Below are positions 19,867-29,636 of a stretch of DNA of 64,000 bases, piece by piece. The stretch covers positions 416,001-480,000 of the forward strand of contig CAXXIA010000002.1 of assembly GCA_963666985.2 (NCBI GenBank), given 5' to 3'. Both the position numbers and the translations under genes were made by a program. The DNA comes from Spirochaetia bacterium (GTDB lineage Bacteria > Spirochaetota > Spirochaetia > DSM-2461). The number at the start of each line of letters is the position of its first letter. Position 1 is the stretch's first letter. A model generated the notes under the pieces. That model ran no database searches. It saw only the letters and a list, made by a program, of their open reading frames with translations, and was not told the DNA's origin.

Positions 19867-20874
19867 ATGATAGCCATTACCGGCGCCACGGGACATCTCG
19901 GGCAGGCAATCCTGCGTCAGCTGCGCATTAAGGGTGAAGATGTAACCGCCGTCGTCCGAGCGGGTTCGGATCGTAATCTTCTGAAAGGGTTCTGCGGAAA
20001 AATCGCGGAAGCGCCTCTTGATGATGCCGAGGGACTGGCACAGGCCTTCGACGGTGCGGCCGCCGTAATCCACGCCGCGGCACTCATCGATATCCGCCGC
20101 GGACAATTAAAGGCGATGCATAAGGTGAACGTTACGGGAACCGAAAACGTCCTGAAAGCTTGCCGAGCCGCCGGTGTTGGACGCCTGGTTTATCTCAGCA
20201 GTATCGAGGCTTTGAATCTTCGCGGCGAAAGACGCCCGATTACCGAAGAGGCGGGGCTTTCGCGCGGCGATGCGATCATGGAATACGGAAATACCAAGGC
20301 CGAGGCCACCGGACTGGTCGTGGACGCCGGCCTTCGGGGATCACCTGAAACCGTCTCTTTGTGTCCGACAAGCATTATCGGTCCCTGGGATTATAAAGAC
20401 GGTCTTTTTACCACCATGATCCGGCGTTTTCTCGCCGGGAAGATACCGGCGGCGATTCCGGGAGGATTCGATTTCGTCGATGTCCGCGATGCGGCGGCGG
20501 GAGTAATCGCGGCCGTTGAGAGAGGCCGAACCGGCGAGATGTACCTGCTCACGGGGGAACGGATATCTGTAAAAGAACTGTTCCGGATTCTGGAACGCCA
20601 TAGCGGTGTTCGCGCTCCCAAAACGACTCTGCCCCTATGGCCGGCGAAGGTCTCGGGTGAAGTTTGTGAAGCCTATTCCCGGATAACGGGCAGAAAGGCC
20701 CTGTTTACAAAATCATCCATCGAGATTCTGCAGGTTGACGCGGATTTCGATTCGTCCAAAGCCCGCGAAGAGCTCGGATACCGCAGCAGAACCGTATCGG
20801 AATCGCTTGCCGACACGGTGAAATGGCTGCGGTTGAAGACCGAGGTGAATCCGGCGCCGGCGGCTGAAGCCTAA
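19867..20874 (+). CDS. NAD-dependent epimerase/dehydratase (extended SDR, dihydroflavonol-reductase-like)
   Basis: ITGATGHLG, VIHAAA, YGNTK (YxxxK) and FDFVDVRD motifs. Confidence 0.9.
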   Translation: MIAITGATGHLGQAILRQLRIKGEDVTAVVRAGSDRNLLKGFCGKIAEAPLDDAEGLAQAFDGAAAVIHAAALIDIRRGQLKAMHKVNVTGTENVLKACRAAGVGRLVYLSSIEALNLRGERRPITEEAGLSRGDAIMEYGNTKAEATGLVVDAGLRGSPETVSLCPTSIIGPWDYKDGLFTTMIRRFLAGKIPAAIPGGFDFVDVRDAAAGVIAAVERGRTGEMYLLTGERISVKELFRILERHSGVRAPKTTLPLWPAKVSGEVCEAYSRITGRKALFTKSSIEILQVDADFDSSKAREELGYRSRTVSESLADTVKWLRLKTEVNPAPAAEA

Positions 20875-20942
20875 CAGGTTGTTGAACACCCTTACCGGCC
20901 TTCGGGAATAAAAACGCGGGCAAGAGACTTCGACAATCCGAT

Positions 20943-22619
20943 TTATTTTTTTTCTGCGGGCAGAAATCCGCCTCTTTTCAGCAGGGCTTCGAACGCATCG
21001 GCGTTTACGGGAGGAGAAAAATAGAATCCCTGAAGGGCATCGGCTTCAAGCCCCGCGAGAATAACGGCCTGTGCCGCGTTCTCCACGCCTTCAATCACGG
21101 TATGACGCTGTCGATCTTTCACGAGATCGATCATATGTTCGAGAAAACGCCGATTCTCTTCATTGCTCTCAATGCCGTCCACAAAGGCTTTGTCGATTTT
21201 AAGAACCGACGCCTGAAGATCTTTAAGATAGCGCAGAGACGACTGACCTGTACCGAAATCATCGATGTAGACTTTAAAGCCTCTTTCATCGAGTTCTTCT
21301 ATCCTATTCATAGCCTTAGCCGTACTGCTCAAAGCCTCGGATTCGGTTATTTCAAGCCTCAGTCGTTCGGGTTTTACACCCGCGCGCTCCAAAGCGGTTT
21401 CCAGAGAATCAATGAGACTGTCGCTCTCAAAAACCCTGGCCGAAAGATTTATCGAGAGATAAATGTCGTACTCTTTCCACCTGGCAAGATGACGGGCCGC
21501 CGAAAAAATAACCTGCTTCTCCATTTCCATGTTCAGTCCCGTTTCAACGGCAAGAGGAATGAAACTGTCGGGCAGCAAGAGTCCTTTTTCCGGATGATGC
21601 CAACGAAGCAGACACTCGGCTCCTTTGATACAGCCGATCGGGTCCACTATCGGCTGAAAGTAGAGCTCAAAGCGATCTTCAAAAAGTGACAAGCGAAGCT
21701 GAGCGATAAGCTGCTGCTTTTCAACGGAACGGGCATGAAGCTCTCCGTCGTAAAATTGATACGAGATATTTTCTTCCCGTGCCGAGTTCAGAGCGGCTTC
21801 GGAATTTACTATGAGGTTATCCCTGTTGTCGGCATCCCGAGGGTACAAAGCCACTCCGAGACGGCTATCGGGCCTGATTTCATGAAGTCCCTTCGGATAG
21901 GGCATGGAAACCACAGTATTGATGGACTCCGCCAAAAGAGCCAGATCTTCCGGATTGTTGAAGTTGGTAAGCAGTATTCCAAGTTCATCGGATTCACACC
22001 GGAACAGCGGAACATCATCACCAAGGTGCTTTTTCAGCCTCAGTCCCGTATTCTCGACGATGTGCGTGGCTATTCCGGCACCATGCTGCCGGCGGATTAA
22101 AGAAAGATTTTCAATGGCAAGGGTTATGAGAACTCTGGGGTTATCCTCCAGGCCGCTCTCCACCTTCTGAATCTCACGGTCCACGACAATATCCATGGAA
22201 CGCCTGTTGAACAAACCGGTCGCCGGATCGCGAAATTCATACGCCATAAGGCGTGTTTCCAGCTCTCCCAGCCTGCTGATGTCATGGGAAATAACCAGAG
22301 CATGGGTAACAGGTCCGTCTTCCTCTTCCCTAAATGGGAAAAAAAGAACTTCAACATATTTCATCGACTCGCCGAAAGGAAACTCGTCGAGATACCGAAC
22401 CTCTTCCCCGTTAAGACAGCGCTGAAGAGTATCCTCTATGGAAGCTTCATAACGCGCCCGTCCCCAAATTTCTTCCACAGTCCTCCCGACAATTTCCTCC
22501 GATTTTTTCCCAAAGGCGCGCAGATAAGCCTTATTGGCGAATTGATAGCGCCCCTCGCGATCAATCAGTGTAATGAAATCGCGGGAAATCTGGACAATGG
22601 AACGGTACGGATCGTTCAT
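20943..22619 (-). CDS. PAS + degenerate GGDEF + EAL phosphodiesterase
   Basis: PAS N-terminus; DPATGLFNRR with ESDEL replacing GGDEF; ECLLRW, LEITES, IDDFGTGQSSL, KIDKAF, EGVE and QGFYFS motifs. Confidence 0.9.
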   Translation of the reverse strand: MNDPYRSIVQISRDFITLIDREGRYQFANKAYLRAFGKKSEEIVGRTVEEIWGRARYEASIEDTLQRCLNGEEVRYLDEFPFGESMKYVEVLFFPFREEEDGPVTHALVISHDISRLGELETRLMAYEFRDPATGLFNRRSMDIVVDREIQKVESGLEDNPRVLITLAIENLSLIRRQHGAGIATHIVENTGLRLKKHLGDDVPLFRCESDELGILLTNFNNPEDLALLAESINTVVSMPYPKGLHEIRPDSRLGVALYPRDADNRDNLIVNSEAALNSAREENISYQFYDGELHARSVEKQQLIAQLRLSLFEDRFELYFQPIVDPIGCIKGAECLLRWHHPEKGLLLPDSFIPLAVETGLNMEMEKQVIFSAARHLARWKEYDIYLSINLSARVFESDSLIDSLETALERAGVKPERLRLEITESEALSSTAKAMNRIEELDERGFKVYIDDFGTGQSSLRYLKDLQASVLKIDKAFVDGIESNEENRRFLEHMIDLVKDRQRHTVIEGVENAAQAVILAGLEADALQGFYFSPPVNADAFEALLKRGGFLPAEKK

Positions 22620-22685
22620 TGCCTATTAGTATAACGACGTAAACAAGCTCCCTTCCATCTCTTTTACAGAAAGCCGCCTCTCGTT

Positions 22686-23504
22686 ATGCTCATTGTTATG
22701 AACTTGAAACCTCTTATTCTTATTTCTAATGACGACGGTATTGAATCTCCGGGTCTCCATGCCGCGATTGAAGCCCTTTCCCCCATCGCCGATCTGCTGA
22801 TAGCCGCCCCGGCCTCCCAGCAGACCGCCATGGGACGTTCTCTCCGATATGAAAAAAGCGCCGTATTCCGACGGCACGATTTGGAAATAAACGGAACGAT
22901 TTTCAAAGGCTGGTCTCTGGAAGCGACACCGGCAACGACCGTACGGCACGCACTCCAATGTCTGATCGAAGAGAAAAAACCGGATATGGTGGTTTCCGGA
23001 GTCAATTTCGGAGAAAACGTGGGGACCGACGTTACGGCTTCGGGAACAGTCGGCGCGGCGCTGCAGGCGGCCATCTGGGGATATAAGGCTCTGGCGGTTT
23101 CTCTGGAAGTTCCGCAGGAATTCCACTATTACCACGGAGAAGTGGACTGGACGCCCGCGATTATCGTTCTACGGCGGGCCGCGGAGAAATTTCTGGCGGC
23201 CGGCTGGCCTGAAGATGTCCATGTAATAAAAATCGACATTCCCGATAATGCCACGGAAGAAACACCCTGGCACGTCTGCCGCCAATCCCTGGAATCCGGG
23301 TGGTGGAGTAATGTACCGAATCCTCATCCGGCCGCCCCTGTGGACTCCTCCGTGGGCGAACGCGGTCCCCTGCCGGGAAGAACATGGAAAGAAGGAGATG
23401 ATATGGCCGTTATCCGCGGCAAAAAGGAAGTCGCGATAACTCCCTTAAGCGTGGATTTAAGTTCCAGGGTTGAATCGGAAGCCGTCAGACGTCTTTTTAC
23501 TTAA
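22686..23504 (+). CDS. surE: 5'/3'-nucleotidase SurE
   Basis: ILISNDDGIESPGL, VVSGVNFGEN, SGTVGAA and ITPL motifs. Confidence 0.92.
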   Translation: MLIVMNLKPLILISNDDGIESPGLHAAIEALSPIADLLIAAPASQQTAMGRSLRYEKSAVFRRHDLEINGTIFKGWSLEATPATTVRHALQCLIEEKKPDMVVSGVNFGENVGTDVTASGTVGAALQAAIWGYKALAVSLEVPQEFHYYHGEVDWTPAIIVLRRAAEKFLAAGWPEDVHVIKIDIPDNATEETPWHVCRQSLESGWWSNVPNPHPAAPVDSSVGERGPLPGRTWKEGDDMAVIRGKKEVAITPLSVDLSSRVESEAVRRLFT

Positions 23505-23700
23505 ACCGCGGCCATCTTAAGCACCGCCGCGGCGAAAGACTCCTCCGCTATTTTGAGGATGGAGGCGTTTCTTATTCCTGTTCTAAAAAAAACGGAGAAC
23601 CGTACGCTCTCCGTTTAAAACGCGCTGATAAGAAACCTTCTCCCCAGCGGCCGCGATTATACGAGCCGCGAGGGTTCTTTTTCCGATGCGCTTTTCGCCC

Positions 23701-24543
23701 TTATTTGAGCTGATCCATGGCGATGAAGTCCATGTCGTCGAACGTGATGTTCTCGCCGCACATGCCCCAGATAAACGTGTAGGAATTCGTGCCGACACCG
23801 GCATGGATGGACCAGCTCGGCGAGATAACTCCCTGCTCGTTGGCCACGACCAGATGCCGTGTCTGGTCGGGCCGGCCGCACAGATGAAACACGCGCGTGT
23901 CGGGGTCCATATCAAAATACATATACACCTCCATGCGCCTTTCATGAGTATGGCAGGGCATGGTATTCCAAACGCTCCCCGGGGCCAGGATGGTCATTCC
24001 CATCACGAGCTGGCAGCTCTGACAGACCGCGGGATGGACAAATTGATTGATGGTCCGTACGTTCAAGTTTTCAGGCGATCCGAGCTCGACTTTATTCGCT
24101 TTATTCAAGTCGATAAGCACCGTCGGATAGGCATGATGCGCCGGCGATGAATTGACGTAAAACTTGGCGGGTTTCGCGGCATCGGCTGAGGCGAAACTCA
24201 CATTCCGGGAGCCCATGCCGATATACATGCCTTCGCGGGATTTTACAGGATATTCGGTGCCGTCGACGGTTATGCTTCCGTCTCCGCCGATATTGATAAC
24301 GCCCATTTCACGGCGTTCCAGAAACGAGCCTACGCCCAGTTCCTTACCCGCTTCCAAGGCCAGCGGCGCTGAAGTCGGCTGTATTCCCCCCGCGATAATG
24401 CGGTCGACATGCGAATACGTCAGAGAAATCTCACCGGGCCGAAACGGTTTCTCAATCAGAAACTTTTCCCTCATTTCCTCCGTGGTGAAACGCTTCGCGG
24501 CGTCCGGATGATCCGCGTATCGGGTATCCAATTCCAAACTCAT
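23701..24543 (-). CDS. kduI: 4-deoxy-L-threo-5-hexosulose-uronate ketol-isomerase
   Basis: YSHVDRII, WNTMPCHTHERRMEVY and SPSWSIH...FIWGMCGEN motifs. Confidence 0.96.
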   Translation of the reverse strand: MSLELDTRYADHPDAAKRFTTEEMREKFLIEKPFRPGEISLTYSHVDRIIAGGIQPTSAPLALEAGKELGVGSFLERREMGVINIGGDGSITVDGTEYPVKSREGMYIGMGSRNVSFASADAAKPAKFYVNSSPAHHAYPTVLIDLNKANKVELGSPENLNVRTINQFVHPAVCQSCQLVMGMTILAPGSVWNTMPCHTHERRMEVYMYFDMDPDTRVFHLCGRPDQTRHLVVANEQGVISPSWSIHAGVGTNSYTFIWGMCGENITFDDMDFIAMDQLK

Positions 24544-24573
24544 GTTCTGCTCCCTCCGATCCTTTCGGACCGA

Positions 24574-25203
24574 TTAGATCTTTGCGATTTTCACCGCTTC
24601 CGCGACAAGCCTCGTTACTTCATCCCAATTAGACGCCGCAAGAAGCTTCTTATCAACCAGCCAGCTTCCGCCGCAGGCGATAATTGCCGGATGCGCCAGC
24701 CATTCGAACAAATTTCCCGCGCCGATTCCGCCGGTGGGACAAAACTTCACATCACCATAAGGTCCGTGAAAAGCTTTAATCTTCGCCAGTCCTCCGGACG
24801 CGCCCGCCGGGAAAAACTTCAGGGTATCCAGTCCCATGGCCAATCCCATTTCTATGCCCAGGGTGGAATCTATTCCCGGAAGAATGGGAATATTGTTCTT
24901 TACAGCCCATTCCACGATGGGAACGCCGAATCCCGGACTCACCAGGAATGCCGCTCCGGCATCCATGGCGGCTTTGGCTTGATCCAGGGTTCTGACCGTT
25001 CCTGCTCCCACAAGAATATCTTTCCGATCGGCCATCTTGCGGATGGCTTTCTCGGCACCCGCCAGCCGAAAGGTAACTTCGGCCACAGGCAATCCTCCGG
25101 CGATGAGCGCCGATGCCAGGTCATCCGCTTTGCCCGGATCGTCCAAAGCGATCACCGGTACCACTTTCAACTCGGCCAGACGGCCGACAAAATCTTCGTA
25201 CAT
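24574..25203 (-). CDS. eda: KDPG/KHG aldolase
   Basis: VVPVI, AEVTFR, GAGTV, LKFFPA, PTGGI and CGGSW motifs. Confidence 0.95.
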   Translation of the reverse strand: MYEDFVGRLAELKVVPVIALDDPGKADDLASALIAGGLPVAEVTFRLAGAEKAIRKMADRKDILVGAGTVRTLDQAKAAMDAGAAFLVSPGFGVPIVEWAVKNNIPILPGIDSTLGIEMGLAMGLDTLKFFPAGASGGLAKIKAFHGPYGDVKFCPTGGIGAGNLFEWLAHPAIIACGGSWLVDKKLLAASNWDEVTRLVAEAVKIAKI

Positions 25204-25250
25204 CTTTATCCTCATTTAGCGCATCTTGGAACGCCGATTAATGCACAACT

Positions 25251-25729
25251 CACATACATCGCTCAACAGCTGAATTACGAAGTAATTTAGCGAACCTACA
25301 CAGCTGTTCGGCACAGCCGAACAGCGAGCAATCCCGAAGCTTCTCTATGGAATAACTCCTCCTGCATAACGGCGCAATTTACGAAATCTCACAAAAATTA
25401 CCGAGTAGTGCTTTCGCCTTCGGCTATCGCACATACATCGTTACACAGCTGAATTACGGTGTAATTCAGCGAGCAATTTTAGATATCCTCCATCACAACG
25501 GCATAATTCATGGATCTTCTCAGGATTTACCGAGTAGTGCTTTCGCCTACGGCTATCGCACATACATCGTTACACAGCTGAATTACGGTGTAATTCAGCG
25601 AGCAATTTTAGATATCCTCCATCACAACGGCATAATTCATGGATCTTCTCAGGATTTACCGAGTAGTGCTTTCGCCTACGGCTATCGCACATACATCGTA
25701 AATCCAAAAGCTCCTCTATGAATTATGCC
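25251..25729. repeat. tandem array of palindromic about 129-bp units between kdgK and eda
   Basis: TTACCGAGTAGTGCTTTCGCC recurs at 25398, 25527 and 25656 (period 129), with a degenerate copy at 25251-25397. The last copy is closed by a 12-bp IR GGCATAATTCAT (25629) / ATGAATTATGCC (25718). Confidence 0.93.
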
Positions 25730-25731
25730 TT

Positions 25732-26832
25732 TTACCGATCAACCCTGGCGGATCCTCCGCCCACAAGCTTTTCAACCTCATCCAAAGAAGCCATCGTGGT
25801 ATCGCCGGGGGTGGTCATCGCCAGAGCTCCGTGAGCCGCGCCGTACTCCACCGCCGCGGCCGCGCCTTTATCGGCCAGAAATCCGTAAATAAGCCCCGAA
25901 GCGAAACTGTCGCCGCCGCCCACGCGGTCGAAAATCTCTAAATTGTCTCTCTGAGCAGCCTTATGGAATTCACCATCGTGCCAAAGCACGGCGCTCCAAT
26001 GATTCACCGTGGCCGTCACGACATCGCGCAGTGTCGTAGCAACCGCCTTGAAATTCGGGTAAGCGGCAACGGCTTTGGAAATCATGGCTTTGAACGACTC
26101 CAGCTTGATGCCCGTAATCGATTTATCCAAACCTTCAATTTCGAATCCCAAACACGCGGTGAAATCCTCTTCATTCCCGATCATCACGTCCACCAGCGGC
26201 GCGATGCGCTTGTTGATCTCCTGAGCCTTGGCCGCGCCGCCGATGGCCTTCCACAAAGACGGCCGGTAATTCAAATCATAGCTGATCACCGTTCCGTGAC
26301 GTTTGGCCGCTTCCATCGCTTCGATGACCGTTTCCGCCGTGGTTTCCGAGAGCGCGGCGAAAATACCGCCCGTATGGAACCATCGAACGCCTTCGCTGCC
26401 GAAAATCGCGTCCCAGTCCACTTCTCCGGGACGCATTTCCGAAGCGGCCGTATGGGCCCGATCCGAGCACCCTTTGGCCCCCCGCAAACCGAAGCCGCGT
26501 TCGGTAAAATTCAATCCCTGACGGGAAGTGCGGCCGATACCGTCGTAAGGCCGCCAAATCAGATGTGATAAATCCACGCCGCCCTGAAGCATCAGGTCTT
26601 CCAGAAGCAGACCGAGTTCGTTTCGCGGCGCCGCGGTTACCACGGTGGCCCTCTGTCCGAAACAGCGCTTCAGTCCCCGGGCGACATTGTATTCTCCGCC
26701 GCCTTCCCAAACCCAGAACTCCCGTGAATTACGAACCCTGCCGTCGCCCGGATCCAGACGCAGCATCACTTCCCCGAGGGAAAGAATGTCCCATCGGCAT
26801 TCGGCGGCGGGCTTTATTGCAAGCTTCAACAT
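25732..26832 (-). CDS. kdgK: 2-keto-3-deoxygluconate kinase (PfkB family)
   Basis: GEVMLRLDP, GGGEYNVA, SYDLNYRPSLW and DRVGGGDSFASG motifs; located in the kdu/eda cluster. Confidence 0.92.
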   Translation of the reverse strand: MLKLAIKPAAECRWDILSLGEVMLRLDPGDGRVRNSREFWVWEGGGEYNVARGLKRCFGQRATVVTAAPRNELGLLLEDLMLQGGVDLSHLIWRPYDGIGRTSRQGLNFTERGFGLRGAKGCSDRAHTAASEMRPGEVDWDAIFGSEGVRWFHTGGIFAALSETTAETVIEAMEAAKRHGTVISYDLNYRPSLWKAIGGAAKAQEINKRIAPLVDVMIGNEEDFTACLGFEIEGLDKSITGIKLESFKAMISKAVAAYPNFKAVATTLRDVVTATVNHWSAVLWHDGEFHKAAQRDNLEIFDRVGGGDSFASGLIYGFLADKGAAAAVEYGAAHGALAMTTPGDTTMASLDEVEKLVGGGSARVDR

Positions 26833-26871
26833 ACTGTTATCCCTTTCCTCACTCTCAATTCGCCGGAGATG

Positions 26872-27633
26872 CTACCGGGCCAGCCAGCCGCCGTCGACGG
26901 CGATTGTATAGCCGTTCACGTAATTCGAAGCCGAGGAAGCCAGAAATACGACCGGCCCCTTCATATCGTCGGGAAGTCCCCAGCGTCCGGCGGGAATACG
27001 CTCCAGCAATTCGGCGCTGCGCTTTTCGTCCGCCCGCAAGGCCGCCGTATTGTTGGTGGCCATATAACCGGGAGCCACGGCATTGATATTGATTCCATGA
27101 GAGGCCCATTCGTTGGCCATCAGTCTGGTGATGCCCATAACTCCGCTTTTACTGGCGGTATAACTGGGAACCCGGATGCCGCCCTGGAAGGAAAGCATTG
27201 AGGCGACATTGATGATTTTCCCGCCGCTCCCTTGAGAAATGAACTGCCTGGCCGCCGCCTGACTGAAGAAAAACACGGTCTTTATATTGATATTCATCAC
27301 ATCGTCCCAGTCCTTCTCGGAGAATGCAATGGCGTCTTCTCTGCGGATAATGCCCGCATTGTTCACCAGAATATCCACATGACCGAACTTCTCCACCGCA
27401 GAAGTTATAATTCCTTCAATAGGCTCGACGGACGACAAATCGGCTTTAATGCCAAGAAACGACCGGCCGAGCGCTTCAACCGCTTCCTTCGTCTCCGGAG
27501 CATCGACATAATCGACGCCGACAATGTCGGCTCCCGCTTCGGCCAATCCCAAGGACATGCCCTGACCTAGTCCGGTTGAGCATCCGGTTACAATGGCGAC
27601 TTTACCGGACAGGTCGAAATTCTCGAGAATCAT
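26872..27633 (-). CDS. kduD: 2-dehydro-3-deoxy-D-gluconate 5-dehydrogenase
   Basis: TGCSTGLGQG, NNAGIIRREDA and SMLSFQGGIRVPSYTASK motifs. Confidence 0.96.
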   Translation of the reverse strand: MILENFDLSGKVAIVTGCSTGLGQGMSLGLAEAGADIVGVDYVDAPETKEAVEALGRSFLGIKADLSSVEPIEGIITSAVEKFGHVDILVNNAGIIRREDAIAFSEKDWDDVMNINIKTVFFFSQAAARQFISQGSGGKIINVASMLSFQGGIRVPSYTASKSGVMGITRLMANEWASHGININAVAPGYMATNNTAALRADEKRSAELLERIPAGRWGLPDDMKGPVVFLASSASNYVNGYTIAVDGGWLAR

Positions 27634-27720
27634 TGTTCACTCCTTAGGGGACCGAAAGAAAGAAAGCGTTAGTTTACAAATGCTTCTCATATCCGTAAAA
27701 AAATCGGCCCCCTTACCACC

Positions 27721-27749
27721 ATAATCCTCAGGGGAAAGGGATTTGTCAA
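27721..27749 (-). promoter_or_regulatory. putative sigma70 promoter of the kduD-kdgK-eda-kduI operon
   Basis: TTGACA-N17-GATTAT on the minus strand. Confidence 0.55.
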
Positions 27750-27766
27750 TATGATATTGAAATCGC

Positions 27767-27783
27767 GTTCCGCATTATGAAAC
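27767..27783. promoter_or_regulatory. putative IclR operator upstream of kduD
   Basis: GTTCC-N7-GAAAC imperfect palindrome; matches the site at 28859. Confidence 0.6.
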
Positions 27784-28063
27784 ATAAAATAACGACAAAA
27801 AAACTCTTGACGGGGGCAAATTCATAAATCATGAACTTGCTATATCCGCCGGCCGCAAAAAAAACTCGCTTTAAAGGGGTTTCATTTCAAAAACGCCGAT
27901 TTCTAAATGCACCTCATGAGCAATCTCACAATACATGAACATGTCCGCATCGAATAACCGATCCCCTCGTATTCGCTTTATCAAGAGTCATATGCACACA
28001 TTCGTATATTTTAAAAATACCCACCCGTCTCCGGCGGTAACGGCTTGGAAATCCGGGAGGCCT

Positions 28064-28840
28064 TCAGCTCCCGGCGATTGATGTTCCTCTGGGGAAAAAG
28101 CCGAGATGACGGGAAATATCGTCCGCGGCGGCCTTTAATGCGCGTCCTCTTTCGATAACGGCGTCCGAATCGCGATACCCTTCCCAAGCCGAGCTGATGG
28201 CGGCGATGGTAATGCCTCTGTAATCCTTGATGGGCGCGCCGACGCAGGAAACGCCCATTTCATTTTCTTCAATATCCTCGGCCCAGCCGCGCATGCGAAA
28301 CTCTTCGAAGAACCGCAGAAGTTCATCGATATCCACCACGGTCTTCTCCGTAACTTTCTTCAATGGTTTCCGGGTGAAAAGAGCTCTCAATTCCTCCGGC
28401 TTTCGGTCCATAACCAACGCTTTTCCCAGAGACGTACAGTGTATGGGCACCCTGCGTCCGATAATGGAATACCGGCGCAGACCATCATAACGCTCCACTT
28501 TATCCAAATACACAACCTCGTCTTCTTGGAGTACGGCCAGAAAAACCGTTTCACCGAGACGTTCGGATAATCTGCGGAGATAGGGTTCCGCTTCGGTTTT
28601 AATTTCCAAGCTGTTCAGGTAATGACTGGTAAGGGCGATGAAGCCCAGCCCCAAACGGTAGAAACCCGTTTCATCACTCTGTTCGATATAACCGCGATCT
28701 TTCAGTGAGGCGAGAATCCGATGTACGGTGCTTTTATGAAGATCAAGCTTGGTACTGATCTGTGTAAGCGCAAACCCTTTTCGTTCGCGGGAAAGAAGCT
28801 CAAGGATGTCGAAGGCCCGATCAAGGGATTGGACTGCCAT
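28064..28840 (-). CDS. IclR family transcriptional regulator (probable KdgR-like)
   Basis: VQSLDRAFDILELL...KSTVHRIL HTH; PIHCTSLGKA motif; adjacent to the kdu/kdg operon. Confidence 0.92.
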   Translation of the reverse strand: MAVQSLDRAFDILELLSRERKGFALTQISTKLDLHKSTVHRILASLKDRGYIEQSDETGFYRLGLGFIALTSHYLNSLEIKTEAEPYLRRLSERLGETVFLAVLQEDEVVYLDKVERYDGLRRYSIIGRRVPIHCTSLGKALVMDRKPEELRALFTRKPLKKVTEKTVVDIDELLRFFEEFRMRGWAEDIEENEMGVSCVGAPIKDYRGITIAAISSAWEGYRDSDAVIERGRALKAAADDISRHLGFFPRGTSIAGS

Positions 28841-28858
28841 GGGTTCAGAGAATATCGA

Positions 28859-28875
28859 GTTTCATGATACGAAAC
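28859..28875. promoter_or_regulatory. putative IclR autoregulatory operator
   Basis: GTTTC-N7-GAAAC palindrome 18 nt upstream of the IclR start codon. Confidence 0.6.
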
Positions 28876-28900
28876 AAGTCGATTCGGTTATACTGATTTC

Positions 28901-29365
28901 ATGGAAATTCTCCGCTTTCATAAGATTGTTCCTTTCGGTGAAGTTCCCGATGAAGAATTGGGATATTCGGTCGTAGCCGCAAGACACGACGGCCGCTGGG
29001 TCTGCGTCCGCCTTAAGGGGCGAACCGACTGGTGCTTCCCCGGCGGAAGCCGGGAAGAAGGCGAATCCATGCTTCAAAACGCCCGGCGGGAACTCTATGA
29101 GGAAACCGGCGCCAAGGATTTCGACATTCATCCTTTGGGAATTTACGGAGTGGATCATCGGCGATTACGCGGCGGAGAGGAAGTTCATGAGAAGATCAGC
29201 TGGGGCGGCCTTTACGGAGCCGAAATCCGGCTTTTCGGCGACATTCCCCCTGAATTCGAAATTGCCGAACGGCGGCTTTTCGACAGTTTCCCGCTGGAGA
29301 ACGCCCGATTTCCCCATATCATGCCCGGCATGATGGCTTGGCTTGAAGAGAACATGCTTTTTTAG
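28901..29365 (+). CDS. NUDIX hydrolase
   Basis: Nudix box PGGSREEGESMLQNARRELYEETG. Confidence 0.92.
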   Translation: MEILRFHKIVPFGEVPDEELGYSVVAARHDGRWVCVRLKGRTDWCFPGGSREEGESMLQNARRELYEETGAKDFDIHPLGIYGVDHRRLRGGEEVHEKISWGGLYGAEIRLFGDIPPEFEIAERRLFDSFPLENARFPHIMPGMMAWLEENMLF

Positions 29366-29636
29366 CGGAAAAAAGCCGCCGACTGTGTGGCCGAATTGCA
29401 GGGAAGCCACCGGCGGACTTCTTGAACAAAGAATCTTATGGCCCGTAAACAGAGTCGCAGAGCAGCATCGTGAGGAACGGACACAGCCGTGGGGCGCAAG
29501 CGGGCGAAAACCATGGCGAATCTTCGGCAATACGGCGTTCGGCTGGGATAAAAATCGCTCATGCCGTCAAACCGCAGCTTAAGCTTTCCGTGCTCGCTAT
29601 GCGTGCCCCGCATCGGCTCGATGATGCCCGAAAACC

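Noticed and set aside
25398..25699. CRISPR array
   Set aside because: The units are identical over their whole 129-bp length, with no unique spacers and no cas genes
25356..25721. Open + strand frame through the repeat array (LPSSAFAYGYRTYIVTQLNYGVIQRAILDILHHNGIIHGSSQD repeats)
   Set aside because: No ATG/GTG/TTG start or RBS, and antisense to the operon; openness follows from a 129-bp (43-codon) period
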